DNA of 64,000 nucleotides. Origin: Candidatus Bathyarchaeota archaeon. Lineage in GTDB: Archaea > Thermoproteota > Bathyarchaeia > 40CM-2-53-6. Both the position numbers and the translations under genes were made by a program. Of this stretch, positions 42,214 through 53,000 are shown one piece after another. The DNA is taken from positions 7,064 through 71,063 of the forward strand of contig VBAX01000049.1 of the NCBI GenBank assembly GCA_005883075.1, given 5' to 3'. The notes beneath the pieces were generated by a model, which saw nothing but the letters and a program-made list of their open reading frames with translations, ran no database searches and was not told where the DNA came from. Numbering within the stretch: the stretch's first letter is position 1; each line of letters begins with the position of its first letter.

Positions 42214-44751
42214 ATGAAGACTGAAAACAAGCGTAGAAGCAGAATCATCAGGCTGGTCCTCCTGACGGCAGTCTTGGCTGCTTCGCAGACCATCGGCTTC
42301 GAAACATCATGGAAATTGCAGACGGTCAATGCAACTCTATCGAGCAGTTCTGCTTTCCAGTACATAGTCACGATCTTAATGGAGAACAACGGGCTCTGCG
42401 ACGTCACTCCAACCGTTGTCTCTGGTTGTAGCTCCTCGTCAATACCCGCACCATACCTGACTACACTGGCTCAGACTTACGGATTCAGCACTCACTACAC
42501 GGCTGTAGATCATCCCAGCGAGCCTAACTATGTTGCGTTGTTCGGGGGAAGCACCTTCGGCTACACCTCTGACGGCTACTGTTGTTTCCAACTTAATGCG
42601 CCAAATCTTGTTGACCGACTAGAGACGGCAGGGCTCACCTGGAAGGCTTTTGCCGAGGACGCTTCAGGTTCTGGAACATGTAACTTCATGCCGCCCAGGT
42701 GGGGAGATCATTATCCGTTCATCGGCTTCAGCGACATGAAAACATCCGCGCGATGCGCCGACATGCTCACCACAACATCGCCCCTCGACCCAGAGTTCGT
42801 AGGCGCACTCAACGGAGCAACACTACCGAACTATGTCTGGCTCACTCCCAACGACACTGACAACATGCACAGTTCTTCAGTTGCCGTAGGCGACGCCTAC
42901 CTAGCAACCCTAGTCCCGCTGATCCTGTCCAGCAGAATGTTCACCACCCAGAAAGCGGCACTATTCATCGTATTCGACGAGGGAAACGACTTTTGCCCAA
43001 CAGGCAACAGCAGCAGTGACTGTGTCGTCGCAGAATGGTCCGGCCCAGCAGTGAAAAAAGCCTATAGCTCAAGCACGTTCTACAACCACTATTCGTACCT
43101 CTCAACTCTCGAAGCAAACTGGAATCTTCCAAGTCTAACTTCCAACGATGCGTCAGCCACTCCCATGACAGAGTTCTTCGGAGCCTCGCCACCACCCGCG
43201 CTCTCAGCTAGCTTCACCTACGGTCCATCTTTCCCCCAGACAGGACAGACCGTTTCGTTCACCGGCTCAGTTTCAGGAGGAAGCCCTCCCTACAGTTATT
43301 CTTGGAGCTTCGGTGATGGATCGACTGGAATAGGATCGTCTGCGCAGCACACCTACTCTTCTACGGGAACACTCACCGTGGCCCTCACAGTGAAAGATAA
43401 TGGCTCGCCCCAGCAGACCACGACATCTCAGCAATCCCTAACCCTCTCGGGTGCGCCTCCTCCGCTGACCGCTAGCTTCGCCTACAGTCCTTCTTCGACC
43501 CAGGCAGGACAACCGGTCACGTTCACAGCGAGCGCCAGCGGTGGGACGTCTCCTTTCACTTTTAGCTGGTCCTTCGGAGACGGATTGACCGGAACAAGCT
43601 CTCCTGTAACGCACACGTACTCGTCGGCAGGATCATACACGACTGCTCTGACGGTCAAGGATAGCAGTATCCCACAGCAGACAGCTACCTCTCAGAAGGC
43701 AGTCTCTGTTACTCACCCGCCCCCTCCCATATCTGCGACCTTTACAGTCAGTCCGTCTTCGTCTGACGTTAGACAATCTATCTCGTTTACAGCCTCTGCT
43801 TCCGGAGGGGCTCCGCCTTACAGTTACTCGTGGAGCTATGGAGATGGTTCTGCGGGGACAGGTCTCCAAGTGACCCACACTTACAATAGTGATGGAACCT
43901 ACCAGGTCACACTGACAGTCGCGGACTCACTGGGCAATGCCGGGACAGGATTATCGCCGGTCGTTATTGGAATGGCTTCCCTGCAAGATGGATTCACGTA
44001 TAGTCCTACTAGCCCGCAACCAAGTGATAGTATCAACTTTACAGCGTCTGCGAGAGGCGGGACTCCACCATACTCCTACTCTTGGGATTTTGGAAACGGA
44101 GCCTCAGCCTCGGGAGGCTACGCAACCTACTCCTATGCATCGGCCGGATCCTACACAGTGACTCTGACCGTCATCGATTCTGCGAACCGTTCGAATAACA
44201 CTTCTCAGAGGCTAACCATTTACTCGCCCGCTCAGCCAGATTTCAGGCTGAACACGGGTCAGTCGACCCTCAACGCTCAACCGGGTTCTGACCAATCACT
44301 AGCTATCACGGTAACGAACGACGGGGGTCCTTCGGGAACAATCATGTTCAACGCAACGATCTCACCAGCTGGGCCTCAGATCTCGCTCAACCCAGCAAGC
44401 ATTACTCTATCACCTGAAGGTTCAGGCTCTACCAGTCTGAACGTAAACGTCGCTCCAAACACTACTCCCGGACCTTACTGGATACAAGTGAATGCTACCA
44501 ACGGATCCGTAACGCATTCTGTCACTGTACAAGTCGATGTCGCTCAGCATAGCCAGCCGCCCACGTCAAGTCAGCCGTGCCAGTTCTGCCTCGTCTCAAC
44601 TGCAATCATTACCAGCTTGGTAGTTGCAGGCACGGCAACACTTGTCACCCTTCAAATGCGCAGACGAAGAATCCCAACGTTTCGAGTCAGCACAACGAGC
44701 GAACACGATCCAAACAGAGCTGGTCAGCGTCTAGGGAGGCCGCTTCAGTAG
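42214..44751 (+). CDS. membrane-anchored surface protein: phosphoesterase (PLC/AcpA-like) domain + 5 PKD domains + C-terminal TM anchor
   Basis: I chose the Met at 42214 (MKTENKRRSRIIRLVLLTAVLAAS signal/anchor). The phosphoesterase pattern is YIVTILMENNG, EPNYVALFGGSTFG, NYVWLTPNDTDNMHSS, ALFIVFDEGN. There are five W.FGDG PKD units (e.g. PPYSYSWSFGDGSTG) and a C-terminal LVSTAIITSLVVAGTATLVTLQMRRRR. Confidence 0.85.
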   Translation: MKTENKRRSRIIRLVLLTAVLAASQTIGFETSWKLQTVNATLSSSSAFQYIVTILMENNGLCDVTPTVVSGCSSSSIPAPYLTTLAQTYGFSTHYTAVDHPSEPNYVALFGGSTFGYTSDGYCCFQLNAPNLVDRLETAGLTWKAFAEDASGSGTCNFMPPRWGDHYPFIGFSDMKTSARCADMLTTTSPLDPEFVGALNGATLPNYVWLTPNDTDNMHSSSVAVGDAYLATLVPLILSSRMFTTQKAALFIVFDEGNDFCPTGNSSSDCVVAEWSGPAVKKAYSSSTFYNHYSYLSTLEANWNLPSLTSNDASATPMTEFFGASPPPALSASFTYGPSFPQTGQTVSFTGSVSGGSPPYSYSWSFGDGSTGIGSSAQHTYSSTGTLTVALTVKDNGSPQQTTTSQQSLTLSGAPPPLTASFAYSPSSTQAGQPVTFTASASGGTSPFTFSWSFGDGLTGTSSPVTHTYSSAGSYTTALTVKDSSIPQQTATSQKAVSVTHPPPPISATFTVSPSSSDVRQSISFTASASGGAPPYSYSWSYGDGSAGTGLQVTHTYNSDGTYQVTLTVADSLGNAGTGLSPVVIGMASLQDGFTYSPTSPQPSDSINFTASARGGTPPYSYSWDFGNGASASGGYATYSYASAGSYTVTLTVIDSANRSNNTSQRLTIYSPAQPDFRLNTGQSTLNAQPGSDQSLAITVTNDGGPSGTIMFNATISPAGPQISLNPASITLSPEGSGSTSLNVNVAPNTTPGPYWIQVNATNGSVTHSVTVQVDVAQHSQPPTSSQPCQFCLVSTAIITSLVVAGTATLVTLQMRRRRIPTFRVSTTSEHDPNRAGQRLGRPLQ

Positions 44752-44752
44752 C

Positions 44753-45805
44753 TTGAGAGTGTACATGGAGCAGCTTCGGCCCGACACTCTTGAAAACCTG
44801 GCTACGAGTTACAGACTGGGTAGCGCTATCCAGTCCGGAAAGCCTGCGAAAGGCGCACACTACGTTGTGTATCGACTCCGCACGCCGCGTGGTGATTTTG
44901 CCCTACTCAAGCCGCGACCACTCTCGATCAACGAATCGTACGGAACAAGCCTTCTGGAGGAACTCCGCCGAGCGAACAGGATCTTTCATCATCTTGCCCG
45001 CCACGGATTTCCCGCGCCCGCTCCTCTGTTAACGAGAGCAGGTTCGACGATAGTGACGATCAAGGGAGAACACCATGCTGTCTATCCCTATGTTCACGGC
45101 CGGGCCATGGTGAGAGGTAATATTCGCCAAGTAGCAAAGGCCGGTGTAACCCTTGGTTCTTACCACCGCATAATGGCAGACTACCCGAAGAGAATGAGTC
45201 GATCCGAAGAGCCGTTCCCCAGCCGATTCCAAGACCGAGTGGACTTGTTCACCGAAAACGTCGAGGCCCTGGACGGACAACCCTCGGCTCTTGGGATAGA
45301 GGCGAGTCTGGACTACTTCAAGGACAGTCTGCTGGACATCGAGTTATCGCTGCTGAGGCTTTCGTATGAAAATCTGCCGCAGCTGACAATCCATGGAGAC
45401 TACAGACGCCAGAACATTCTGTTCGAAGGGGACAGGCTAGCCGCGGTCATAGACTTCCATCGCTCTAGGATTGAAGTTCGGTCCTTGGACCTTGCAATAG
45501 CGCTCGCGGACATTCTACCGAGCACGAGTAATGGGCACGCTCTGGGCCTGGCTCGTAGTTTCATCAATTCCTACGAGAAAGTCCAGCAATTGTCGAATGA
45601 CGAGCAAGAAGCTCTCCCTGTCCTGGTAGAGGCGAGAGTTGCTTGGAGAGCTCTTCGCAGGATTCGCAGAATCGTCAATACCAAAGACAAGAAGAAGATG
45701 CTGAGACGAGCTCGAAAGTTTCAGCTCTACGTCAGTCATCTTCGTAGGGTCAGGATGATCCGGTCAAGCTGGAAGCAGATATTCGCGGAGGAAAGTAGCC
45801 GGTGA
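44753..45805 (+). CDS. APH/CotS-like phosphotransferase-fold kinase 1
   Basis: 350-aa ORF with the catalytic loop LTIHGDYRRQNILF and AAVIDFHRSRIEVRSLDLA (HGD..N / DF motif of the aminoglycoside/choline/maltokinase fold). Confidence 0.75.
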   Translation: MRVYMEQLRPDTLENLATSYRLGSAIQSGKPAKGAHYVVYRLRTPRGDFALLKPRPLSINESYGTSLLEELRRANRIFHHLARHGFPAPAPLLTRAGSTIVTIKGEHHAVYPYVHGRAMVRGNIRQVAKAGVTLGSYHRIMADYPKRMSRSEEPFPSRFQDRVDLFTENVEALDGQPSALGIEASLDYFKDSLLDIELSLLRLSYENLPQLTIHGDYRRQNILFEGDRLAAVIDFHRSRIEVRSLDLAIALADILPSTSNGHALGLARSFINSYEKVQQLSNDEQEALPVLVEARVAWRALRRIRRIVNTKDKKKMLRRARKFQLYVSHLRRVRMIRSSWKQIFAEESSR

Positions 45806-47751
45806 TGAATACGGCCGTAACCGTTCAACGCGAAGTCGCTGCTCTAGCAATAGTCCACCACGCAAACCAGTACGTGGTCACGGATGGTTATGATAACCGG
45901 GTCGGAATATCAGGGATCGTCGGAACCTCCTCGTCTCAAACGGGTCTCCTTCGAGTCCTGAAACTCCACGAACGATACAGAGTCCCATTTAGCCTCCATA
46001 TTAGCGGCACCTTTCTCGAATCTCTAGCATGGCACAGCCCTGAGTTCCTCTCGGAGGTGAATCGGCTGGCTGGGCTTGGGCTGGTGGACCTCTTAGGCGG
46101 CGCCTACGCCCAGAATATGACACGATTCTTCTCCCCAGAGCATAATCTGAGACAGATGAACGAGGAGCTCCTCCTCTACGAGAGCCTCATCGGCTGGGAC
46201 CCGAAGAAGATCACAACATTCTGGCCAACAGAGCGCCTCTGGGAAACTGAAGCAATGGCGCCTCTCCTGACAAGCTGCGAACTACTCAATGGAGGCTATC
46301 AGCATGTTGTGATAGACGATAGGCTGCTCCATTCTACGACAGGAAGCCCCAGTCCTCGCCAACTCTACGACTACGACCACGCTTGGAACCCGGTCAACTT
46401 CCAGATGCACCGTATCAAGAATGGCCTGGGACTCTGCGCGCTCCCAATCTCGTTTGGACTCCGCCGAAACATTCCTCCGCGAACACGAGAAGACCTGGAG
46501 AAAACCCAGGCTCAGCTGGAATGGATTCTTGACATTAGCTCCGACTATGACAATCAGCTCGTCGCAATCTATGCGGACGACATGGAGAAGGTCGCCGGGG
46601 TAGGCTGGGACGCAAGGGGTCCCCTCCAGTTCGAGGCGACGCTCAGATGGCTCTCCGAAAACCCATTCCTCCAGCCTGTCAAGCTAGCCGAATGGGCTGC
46701 CACGCACAGGGCAGGATCCGAGAGACAGATCGACACGGGTGCATACGCAGAGCTTGTCGATGAGTTCGGGGCTGGTGAGAACTACGAGTCTTGGTATTAC
46801 GACCCGCGATGGTCCCTCTACCGCAACTACTATGCCTGGTCAGAAGAGAGAGTGCGAGAGCTCGACTCTAGTGGAGCCGACCCGGCTCTCATGCAACTCG
46901 CCTGGAAAACTCTGCTGGCAACGACATGGCAGACGGCATGGCACACTCCCCGGACCGGGGCCCATGGAGAAAATCTAAGCGATGAGGGGCCCAGCGCTTG
47001 GACCCGGGCTATAGCCAGTCATAGTCGGATCGCAGCAATAATTGCTGAAGCAGCCTACTGGATGACTCACAAGAGTGGCCGGGCCCAGGCTGATCTTAGG
47101 GATCTGGACTCAGACGGGGAAGACGAGCTTGTTCTCAAGAATGACAAACTATTCGCGGTTTTCTCTCCAAGGCATGGCGGTCGCCTGGTCTACCTGTTCA
47201 CTGTCAGCAATCCGCCGGGCAGACTGGTGATCGGGAACCCCATCGACGATTGGAATCTACTAGAAGATCTCCACGCATACATGGATGCTCCACCCAATCA
47301 TCCAGGAGCACTCGCAGATGTTGGATACGAGCATGACCACTACACCACAGAGCTACGCGTACCGTATGGAGACACCGTATGGGCAAGACTCTCAAACTCC
47401 GAGAAGAAGAGCACCGGCTTTGGAATACTGAAGAATCTCAGCCTCGGAAAGGGCGAGAGTACAATCCGCACAGAGTACAGCCTCCCGAACTCTCTACCCA
47501 GACTGTCCACAGAGATAGGATTCTCACCAGATTATCAGCAACTCCTCAGAATGGGACCATCAGCCGTCGAAGAATGTTCTCCCGCCAAGAGCATCAGAGG
47601 ATGGTCCAACGAAGGAGTGACCGTTGGGGCCCGGCTCGACGGAGGATTCGCGATATGGGATAAGCCGAGACAGGATCGGTTCGGACATGGTTACCTCTTG
47701 AGAGTGACAGGATTCCGTGGTTTCACTGTCTGGATAGGAGCGGAGGACTAG
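45802..47751 (+). CDS. GH57 family-like glycoside hydrolase/glucanotransferase
   Basis: 649-aa ORF with IVHHANQYVV (region I-like), FWPTERLWETE (region III W..ER.W with nucleophile Glu) and IYADDMEKVAGVGW (region IV DD.EK..G with catalytic Asp). Its start overlaps the kinase-1 stop. Confidence 0.7.
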   Translation: MMNTAVTVQREVAALAIVHHANQYVVTDGYDNRVGISGIVGTSSSQTGLLRVLKLHERYRVPFSLHISGTFLESLAWHSPEFLSEVNRLAGLGLVDLLGGAYAQNMTRFFSPEHNLRQMNEELLLYESLIGWDPKKITTFWPTERLWETEAMAPLLTSCELLNGGYQHVVIDDRLLHSTTGSPSPRQLYDYDHAWNPVNFQMHRIKNGLGLCALPISFGLRRNIPPRTREDLEKTQAQLEWILDISSDYDNQLVAIYADDMEKVAGVGWDARGPLQFEATLRWLSENPFLQPVKLAEWAATHRAGSERQIDTGAYAELVDEFGAGENYESWYYDPRWSLYRNYYAWSEERVRELDSSGADPALMQLAWKTLLATTWQTAWHTPRTGAHGENLSDEGPSAWTRAIASHSRIAAIIAEAAYWMTHKSGRAQADLRDLDSDGEDELVLKNDKLFAVFSPRHGGRLVYLFTVSNPPGRLVIGNPIDDWNLLEDLHAYMDAPPNHPGALADVGYEHDHYTTELRVPYGDTVWARLSNSEKKSTGFGILKNLSLGKGESTIRTEYSLPNSLPRLSTEIGFSPDYQQLLRMGPSAVEECSPAKSIRGWSNEGVTVGARLDGGFAIWDKPRQDRFGHGYLLRVTGFRGFTVWIGAED

Positions 47752-47759
47752 TACCAGGT

Positions 47760-48794
47760 ATGACTCAGACGAATCGAAACTATCTTAACAGTGGATCTTT
47801 CAACGAGCCCATCCTCCATGGGCTGACCGAGGTCGAATTCGTAAAGGACATCCTAACCACCGAGGCATTCGACCCACGGTTACAGCAGCCGCTGGAGGGG
47901 TTCGAGACGCGAATCCTGAAGAGGCATCTACGCAAGGTAATAATCGACTACACTCTAAAATTCAAGGACTCGACCAGAAACTACATCGGCCTATACAGAG
48001 AATCAGACCAGCGTCTCGGACATACTTTCTCAGTCATGAAGACCCTGAGGTCAAACGGATTCGGACAAGAAAGCAATCTAAGAGTACCTAGCCCTGTTCT
48101 CTACATACCCCCACTTTCATTCCTCATGATGGAGCAGGCTGAGGGTCAGCCACTTCGTGAAATGTTCGAAAGCAGAATGGATTCAGGGCCTTACGTGAAG
48201 GGCGCGGCAAGATGGCTCGCAAAACTGCACAACAGCAACATTGGACTGGACGGCGAGTTCTCCCGTGATGATGAGATCGAAGCCTCTCGGAGATATGCGA
48301 GAGCTGGATCGTGGCTCCTTCCCACTCTAAAATCGGATATACAATCGATTTCAAACCAGCTGATCGACGCGCAGAAAACCCTCCCGCTCCACGCGAGGAA
48401 GCCCATTCATGGAGACTACCATCCGAGGAACATCATCGTCTCGCACGATCTGACAACCGTCATAGACTTCGAAGAAGCCAGGATGGGCGATCCTGCCTTT
48501 GACGTCGGCTATTTCGTAGCTCAGACCAAGATGACCCATGGACTGGGAGACGCCACTTTCGAAGCCGTCGAAGCATTCATCCAAGAATATCAAGAAAACC
48601 AGCCAAGCATAGACCCGGATCTTACGCAGCGAGCAGCAGTGTTCGAAGCACAGACATACCTTCAAAGAATCTACCACACCTACTACCTACTCGCCCTCAG
48701 GCCAGACTTTGATCTCATCTCGAATTGGCTGAACGAGTGCGAGGGTTGCATTCGAAAAGCACAGAGTAGTCGCCTGGAAACGGGGAAGCACTAG
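47760..48794 (+). CDS. APH-like phosphotransferase-fold kinase 2
   Basis: 344-aa ORF with PIHGDYHPRNIIVSHDLTTVIDFEEARMGDPAFDVGYF, the canonical HGD.H..N ... IDFE..G.P..D pattern. Confidence 0.8.
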   Translation: MTQTNRNYLNSGSFNEPILHGLTEVEFVKDILTTEAFDPRLQQPLEGFETRILKRHLRKVIIDYTLKFKDSTRNYIGLYRESDQRLGHTFSVMKTLRSNGFGQESNLRVPSPVLYIPPLSFLMMEQAEGQPLREMFESRMDSGPYVKGAARWLAKLHNSNIGLDGEFSRDDEIEASRRYARAGSWLLPTLKSDIQSISNQLIDAQKTLPLHARKPIHGDYHPRNIIVSHDLTTVIDFEEARMGDPAFDVGYFVAQTKMTHGLGDATFEAVEAFIQEYQENQPSIDPDLTQRAAVFEAQTYLQRIYHTYYLLALRPDFDLISNWLNECEGCIRKAQSSRLETGKH

Positions 48795-48874
48795 GACTAA
48801 TGATCTCTTCAATAATTCGAAGCGGGAATGCACCAGCCTCCAGACTCTCAGTCCGGGCAACTCGCAACAAGCGA

Positions 48875-49915
48875 ATGACAGGGAAGATCCTGACAATATT
48901 AGTCCTCTGCGTAGCTCTAATCCCACTGGTACAGCAGAACAACATTCTCTCCCCGTATGGGAGCCCAGCTGCTTCCACAACTGGAGACGAATTGCACCCT
49001 AGCATTACAAACCCGATGTTTCCTGCTGCGATGCAGCCCACAGCAGCCATCACATTCAGCCCGTCTAGCCCTGCAGCCGGATACCCCGTTACTTTGAACG
49101 TCACGTCTAGCGGCGGAACAGCACCCTACACTTTCTCATGGACGTTCGGAGATGGGACAAACGGGACCGGCAACCCGGCCATCCACACATTCGCAAGCTG
49201 GAGCTTGGGGTACAATGTCACGGTGACCATCAAGGACGGCACTGGAGCTGCCGTCTGGACGTATATTATCCTCAGTGTCAAGAACGACGTGCCTCCCGTA
49301 CCAAAGTTCACCTGGACACCTACAATAGTCTTCACTGGAGAAACAGTATTCTTCGACGGCTCCACTAGCTCTGACCCCGACGGAGCAATCGTGGACTATG
49401 TGTGGGACCTCGGAGAGGGAGCCCCCCAGACAGGGATCGGTGTTCTTCACACCTACTCCTCCCCGGGAGTATACGAGGTCAGTCTCTCGGTAACAGATGA
49501 CAGCGGAGTCACCGTGATCATGCCGATGGCAGTCTGGGTTCATCCCGCGCTGGCCCTAACCGCCTCCTCCAACGCAACCCAAGGACTCGCTCCGATGGGC
49601 ATCTCGGTCAGCACACAGGTCTCCGGCGGACAGTATCCATATACTTATTCGTGGGACTTTGGAGACGGCCTAACATCTACCCGTCCAAACCCGATCCACA
49701 ACTATACGATTCCCCGCGTTTATCGAGTTGAGGTGACAGTGACTGACTCGCTAGGCCACGCTGCCTCGCAAGTCATGAACATAACAGTCATCGCTCGGCC
49801 AGTCGAACTCACCTTTCTCGGACTCTCAGAGACCACCCTCAAAGTCGGAGGCTTTCTCACGGCGATGAGCGCGTTCCCACTGATGATCTTCATGATCGTA
49901 CGGCGTAGGAAATAG
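48875..49915 (+). CDS. membrane-anchored PKD-repeat protein (3 PKD units)
   Basis: I chose the Met at 48875 (MTGKILTILVLCVALIPLV). The PKD units are APYTFSWTFGDGTNG, VDYVWDLGEGAPQTG and YPYTYSWDFGDGLTS. The C-terminal TM plus basic tail is FLTAMSAFPLMIFMIVRRRK. Confidence 0.8.
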   Translation: MTGKILTILVLCVALIPLVQQNNILSPYGSPAASTTGDELHPSITNPMFPAAMQPTAAITFSPSSPAAGYPVTLNVTSSGGTAPYTFSWTFGDGTNGTGNPAIHTFASWSLGYNVTVTIKDGTGAAVWTYIILSVKNDVPPVPKFTWTPTIVFTGETVFFDGSTSSDPDGAIVDYVWDLGEGAPQTGIGVLHTYSSPGVYEVSLSVTDDSGVTVIMPMAVWVHPALALTASSNATQGLAPMGISVSTQVSGGQYPYTYSWDFGDGLTSTRPNPIHNYTIPRVYRVEVTVTDSLGHAASQVMNITVIARPVELTFLGLSETTLKVGGFLTAMSAFPLMIFMIVRRRK

Positions 49916-50046
49916 TGGGGGCTGAGATTCTTCAGACGATCAGGATTCGCCGTGAGGGGCCATACCCGGGCCGCTAAGAGAGTCTCTGGCCGTTCGTACA
50001 AGCCAGACCCCGTCTACGGCTGCGCACACCAGGGAGACCAGTCGAA

Positions 50047-53000
50047 GTGGGAGCCAGATTCAAGGTCTTAGTTCTGGGGCTCTGCCTCGTGTTCGGAATT
50101 CTGATAGCATCTTTTGCGGTGTCGACGGACCACGACAGGAGAAGCTATCCTGCAATCCAGGCAACACCCCCCGGCCAGGCCTCTTTCGACTACATAGTCG
50201 TCATCGTCATGAACAACGCTAGCGCAAAACAGGTCTACGGGTCCTCGGCCACCCCCTACCTGAACTCTCTAGCAAGCACCTACGGGTATGCCACTGCCTA
50301 TTCCGATGTCGAAGCGGCTGTTAGTGATCCCAACTATCTTGCTCTCATCGGCGCCAGTACTTTTGGTCTGACAGCCGACTGCTACCCGACCCAGTGCAGT
50401 GTCAGCGACGTGAGCATTGTTGACAGTATAGAGGGAGCGGGACTGACCTGGAATGCCTGGGCTGAAGACTATCCCGTATCCCAGGGCTGCAGCCTCTTAC
50501 CGTCGAACGCCGAGTACAACTCTAAACACTTCCCTTTCCTCTACTTCGAAAACATCGTCAACGATCCCGCAAGATGCGACAACCTGCTCAGGGCAAACTC
50601 GGTGGTCACGTCCAGCATTGAGACAGACGATCTGTTCCTCAAATCCCTCGGTTCCACCTCCTCGGCTGCGAATTACAACTGGCTCACACCCAACCAGTGC
50701 GACGACATACACGACTGCCCCCTCTCAACCGGAGACAAGTACCTCTCACAACTCGTCCCGAAAATACTGAGCAGCACCGTCTTCACGACCCAGAACGCAG
50801 CACTCTTTATCACATTCGCCGAGTCAACTGGCTCATCAGTTGGTAATGTCCCAGCCATCTGGGCAGGACCCGTTGTCAAGACAAAATTCCAGTCATCAAA
50901 ATCATACAACCACTACTCGGTACTCACCACCCTCGAAACCGCATGGGGCCTCCCGCCTCTAACCTCCGAAGACAGCTCCGCATCCGCCATGACCGAATTC
51001 TTCAAAAACCTAGCACCGCAAACAAGTCTCTCATACGCCCCGACTCACCCGGTGGTGGGGGACTCGATCAGTTTCAACTCCACCGCCACAGGCGGAATTC
51101 CCCCGTATACATTCAGCTGGAACTTTGGCGAATCTCCGAGCAACGTGCGTGGAGGGACCGGCCTTCCCAACACGATGACCCACACATACACCAAGGCCGG
51201 AACCTATACCGTGACAGTGAACGCTACTGATACAAATGGCAAGATTGGCTCGGCATTAGCTACGGTCACTGTTGCCGCTCCTCTAACCCTGACGGTTAGT
51301 GGTTCCTCCTCTGGTATCATTGGAACCAGTATCAGCTTTTCGGCTGCGGCCTCAGGCGGCACTTCTCCCTACTCATTCTCTTGGAACTTTGGCGACGGAA
51401 CCAGCCTCGCTACCGGCAGCACGGCTTCCCACAAATACGCCGTCGCAGGAGCCTATACCGTACGAGCGAACGCTACTGACGCCAAAGGGAGACTCGCCTC
51501 AGCATCTGCGAGCATCACCATTAATGCTCCCCCCTTGACTGTAACTGTCACCGCCTCCGGTTCAAGCGAGGTTGGCCTGGCAGTGAACCTCATGGCGACA
51601 GCTTCCGGTGGAACACAACCATACGTTTCATTCATCTGGGACTTCGGCGACGCCTCTAGCGGCTCAGGTAACTCAGTCGCGCACGTCTATACGGCGTCTG
51701 GGTCATACAGCGTGACGGTCACAGTGAAGGACTCCGCAGGAATTACCGCGACCTCGTCATCCCGTTCCCTTGCCGTGTCTGCTAGATTACAAGTCTCTTC
51801 TGTCCATGCCGTTCCCAACCCGACCGAGACTGGTTATTCCATCAGTCTCTCGGCGACGACCTCAGGCGGCGTATCCCCAGTCTCGTGCAACTGGAACTTA
51901 GGCGACGGCTCTCCACCCTCCTTCGGATGCTCCATCACGCACGTCTATGCTATTGCCGCGGACTACATCGCGACAGTGACTGCAACAGACAATCTAAGCG
52001 TGACCGCAACAAATAGCATGACCATAACTGTCAGCCCCAAACTGACAGTAACTGTTAGCACCAGTACGCCTAACCCTGTAGTTGGACAGAGCCTCACCTT
52101 CACCGCCACGACCGCCAACGGCGTTGGTGTAGCCACGTGTAGCTGGAACTTTGGCGATGGTTCCACGGGCAGCGGATGCTCCAAAACCCACGCGTACACC
52201 ACTCAGGGAACCTTCACGGTCAAAGTCACAGCAACTGACACTCTCATCGTCACTGCTACGGCCTCGGTTACCGTCGATGTTGTATCTACACTCGGCGTAA
52301 GCCTGAATGCCAATCCGAGCACAACAGAGTCCTCTGTAAGTATCAGTTTTACGGCTGCAGCTGCTGGTGGAACGCCTCCTTACACGTCATACAGTTGGAC
52401 CTTCGGTGACGGCACGACAGCGACTACAACCGTGGCCACTACGATCCACACTTACAATTCGACGGGGCTATTCAGCGTAGAGGTAACGGTCACCGATTCG
52501 GCCGGCAAGACAGCGGCATCTAGCTTCTCAGTAACTGTCAATGCGAGGTTGACCGTAACCGCAGTCGCTACTCCGAACCTAACCGAGGTTAGCGTTGCGG
52601 TCGGCTTTACGGCGCCCACTACAGGTGGTCTTGGCACAGCGACTTGCAAGTGGACCTTTGGAGATAGCGGTACCGCTAACGTATGTTCTGCAAGCCACAC
52701 CTATACTAGTGCCGGAACATTCACAGCCATTGTCACCGCGACTGATGCTCTGGGCGTGACCGCGACAAACAACACGACCATAACTGTCAGCCCCAAACTG
52801 ACAGTGACTGTGACTACGAGTACGTCTAACTCTGTAGTTGGACAGAGCCTCACTTTTACCACCACTCCCTCTGGTGGTGTGGGCACTGCGACTTGCACCT
52901 GGAACTTTGGTGATAACACTACTGGTTTTGGCTGCTCGACTACCCACACTTACACAACTAGCGGGACCTTCGCCGCCACGGTCACTGCCACGGATATTCT

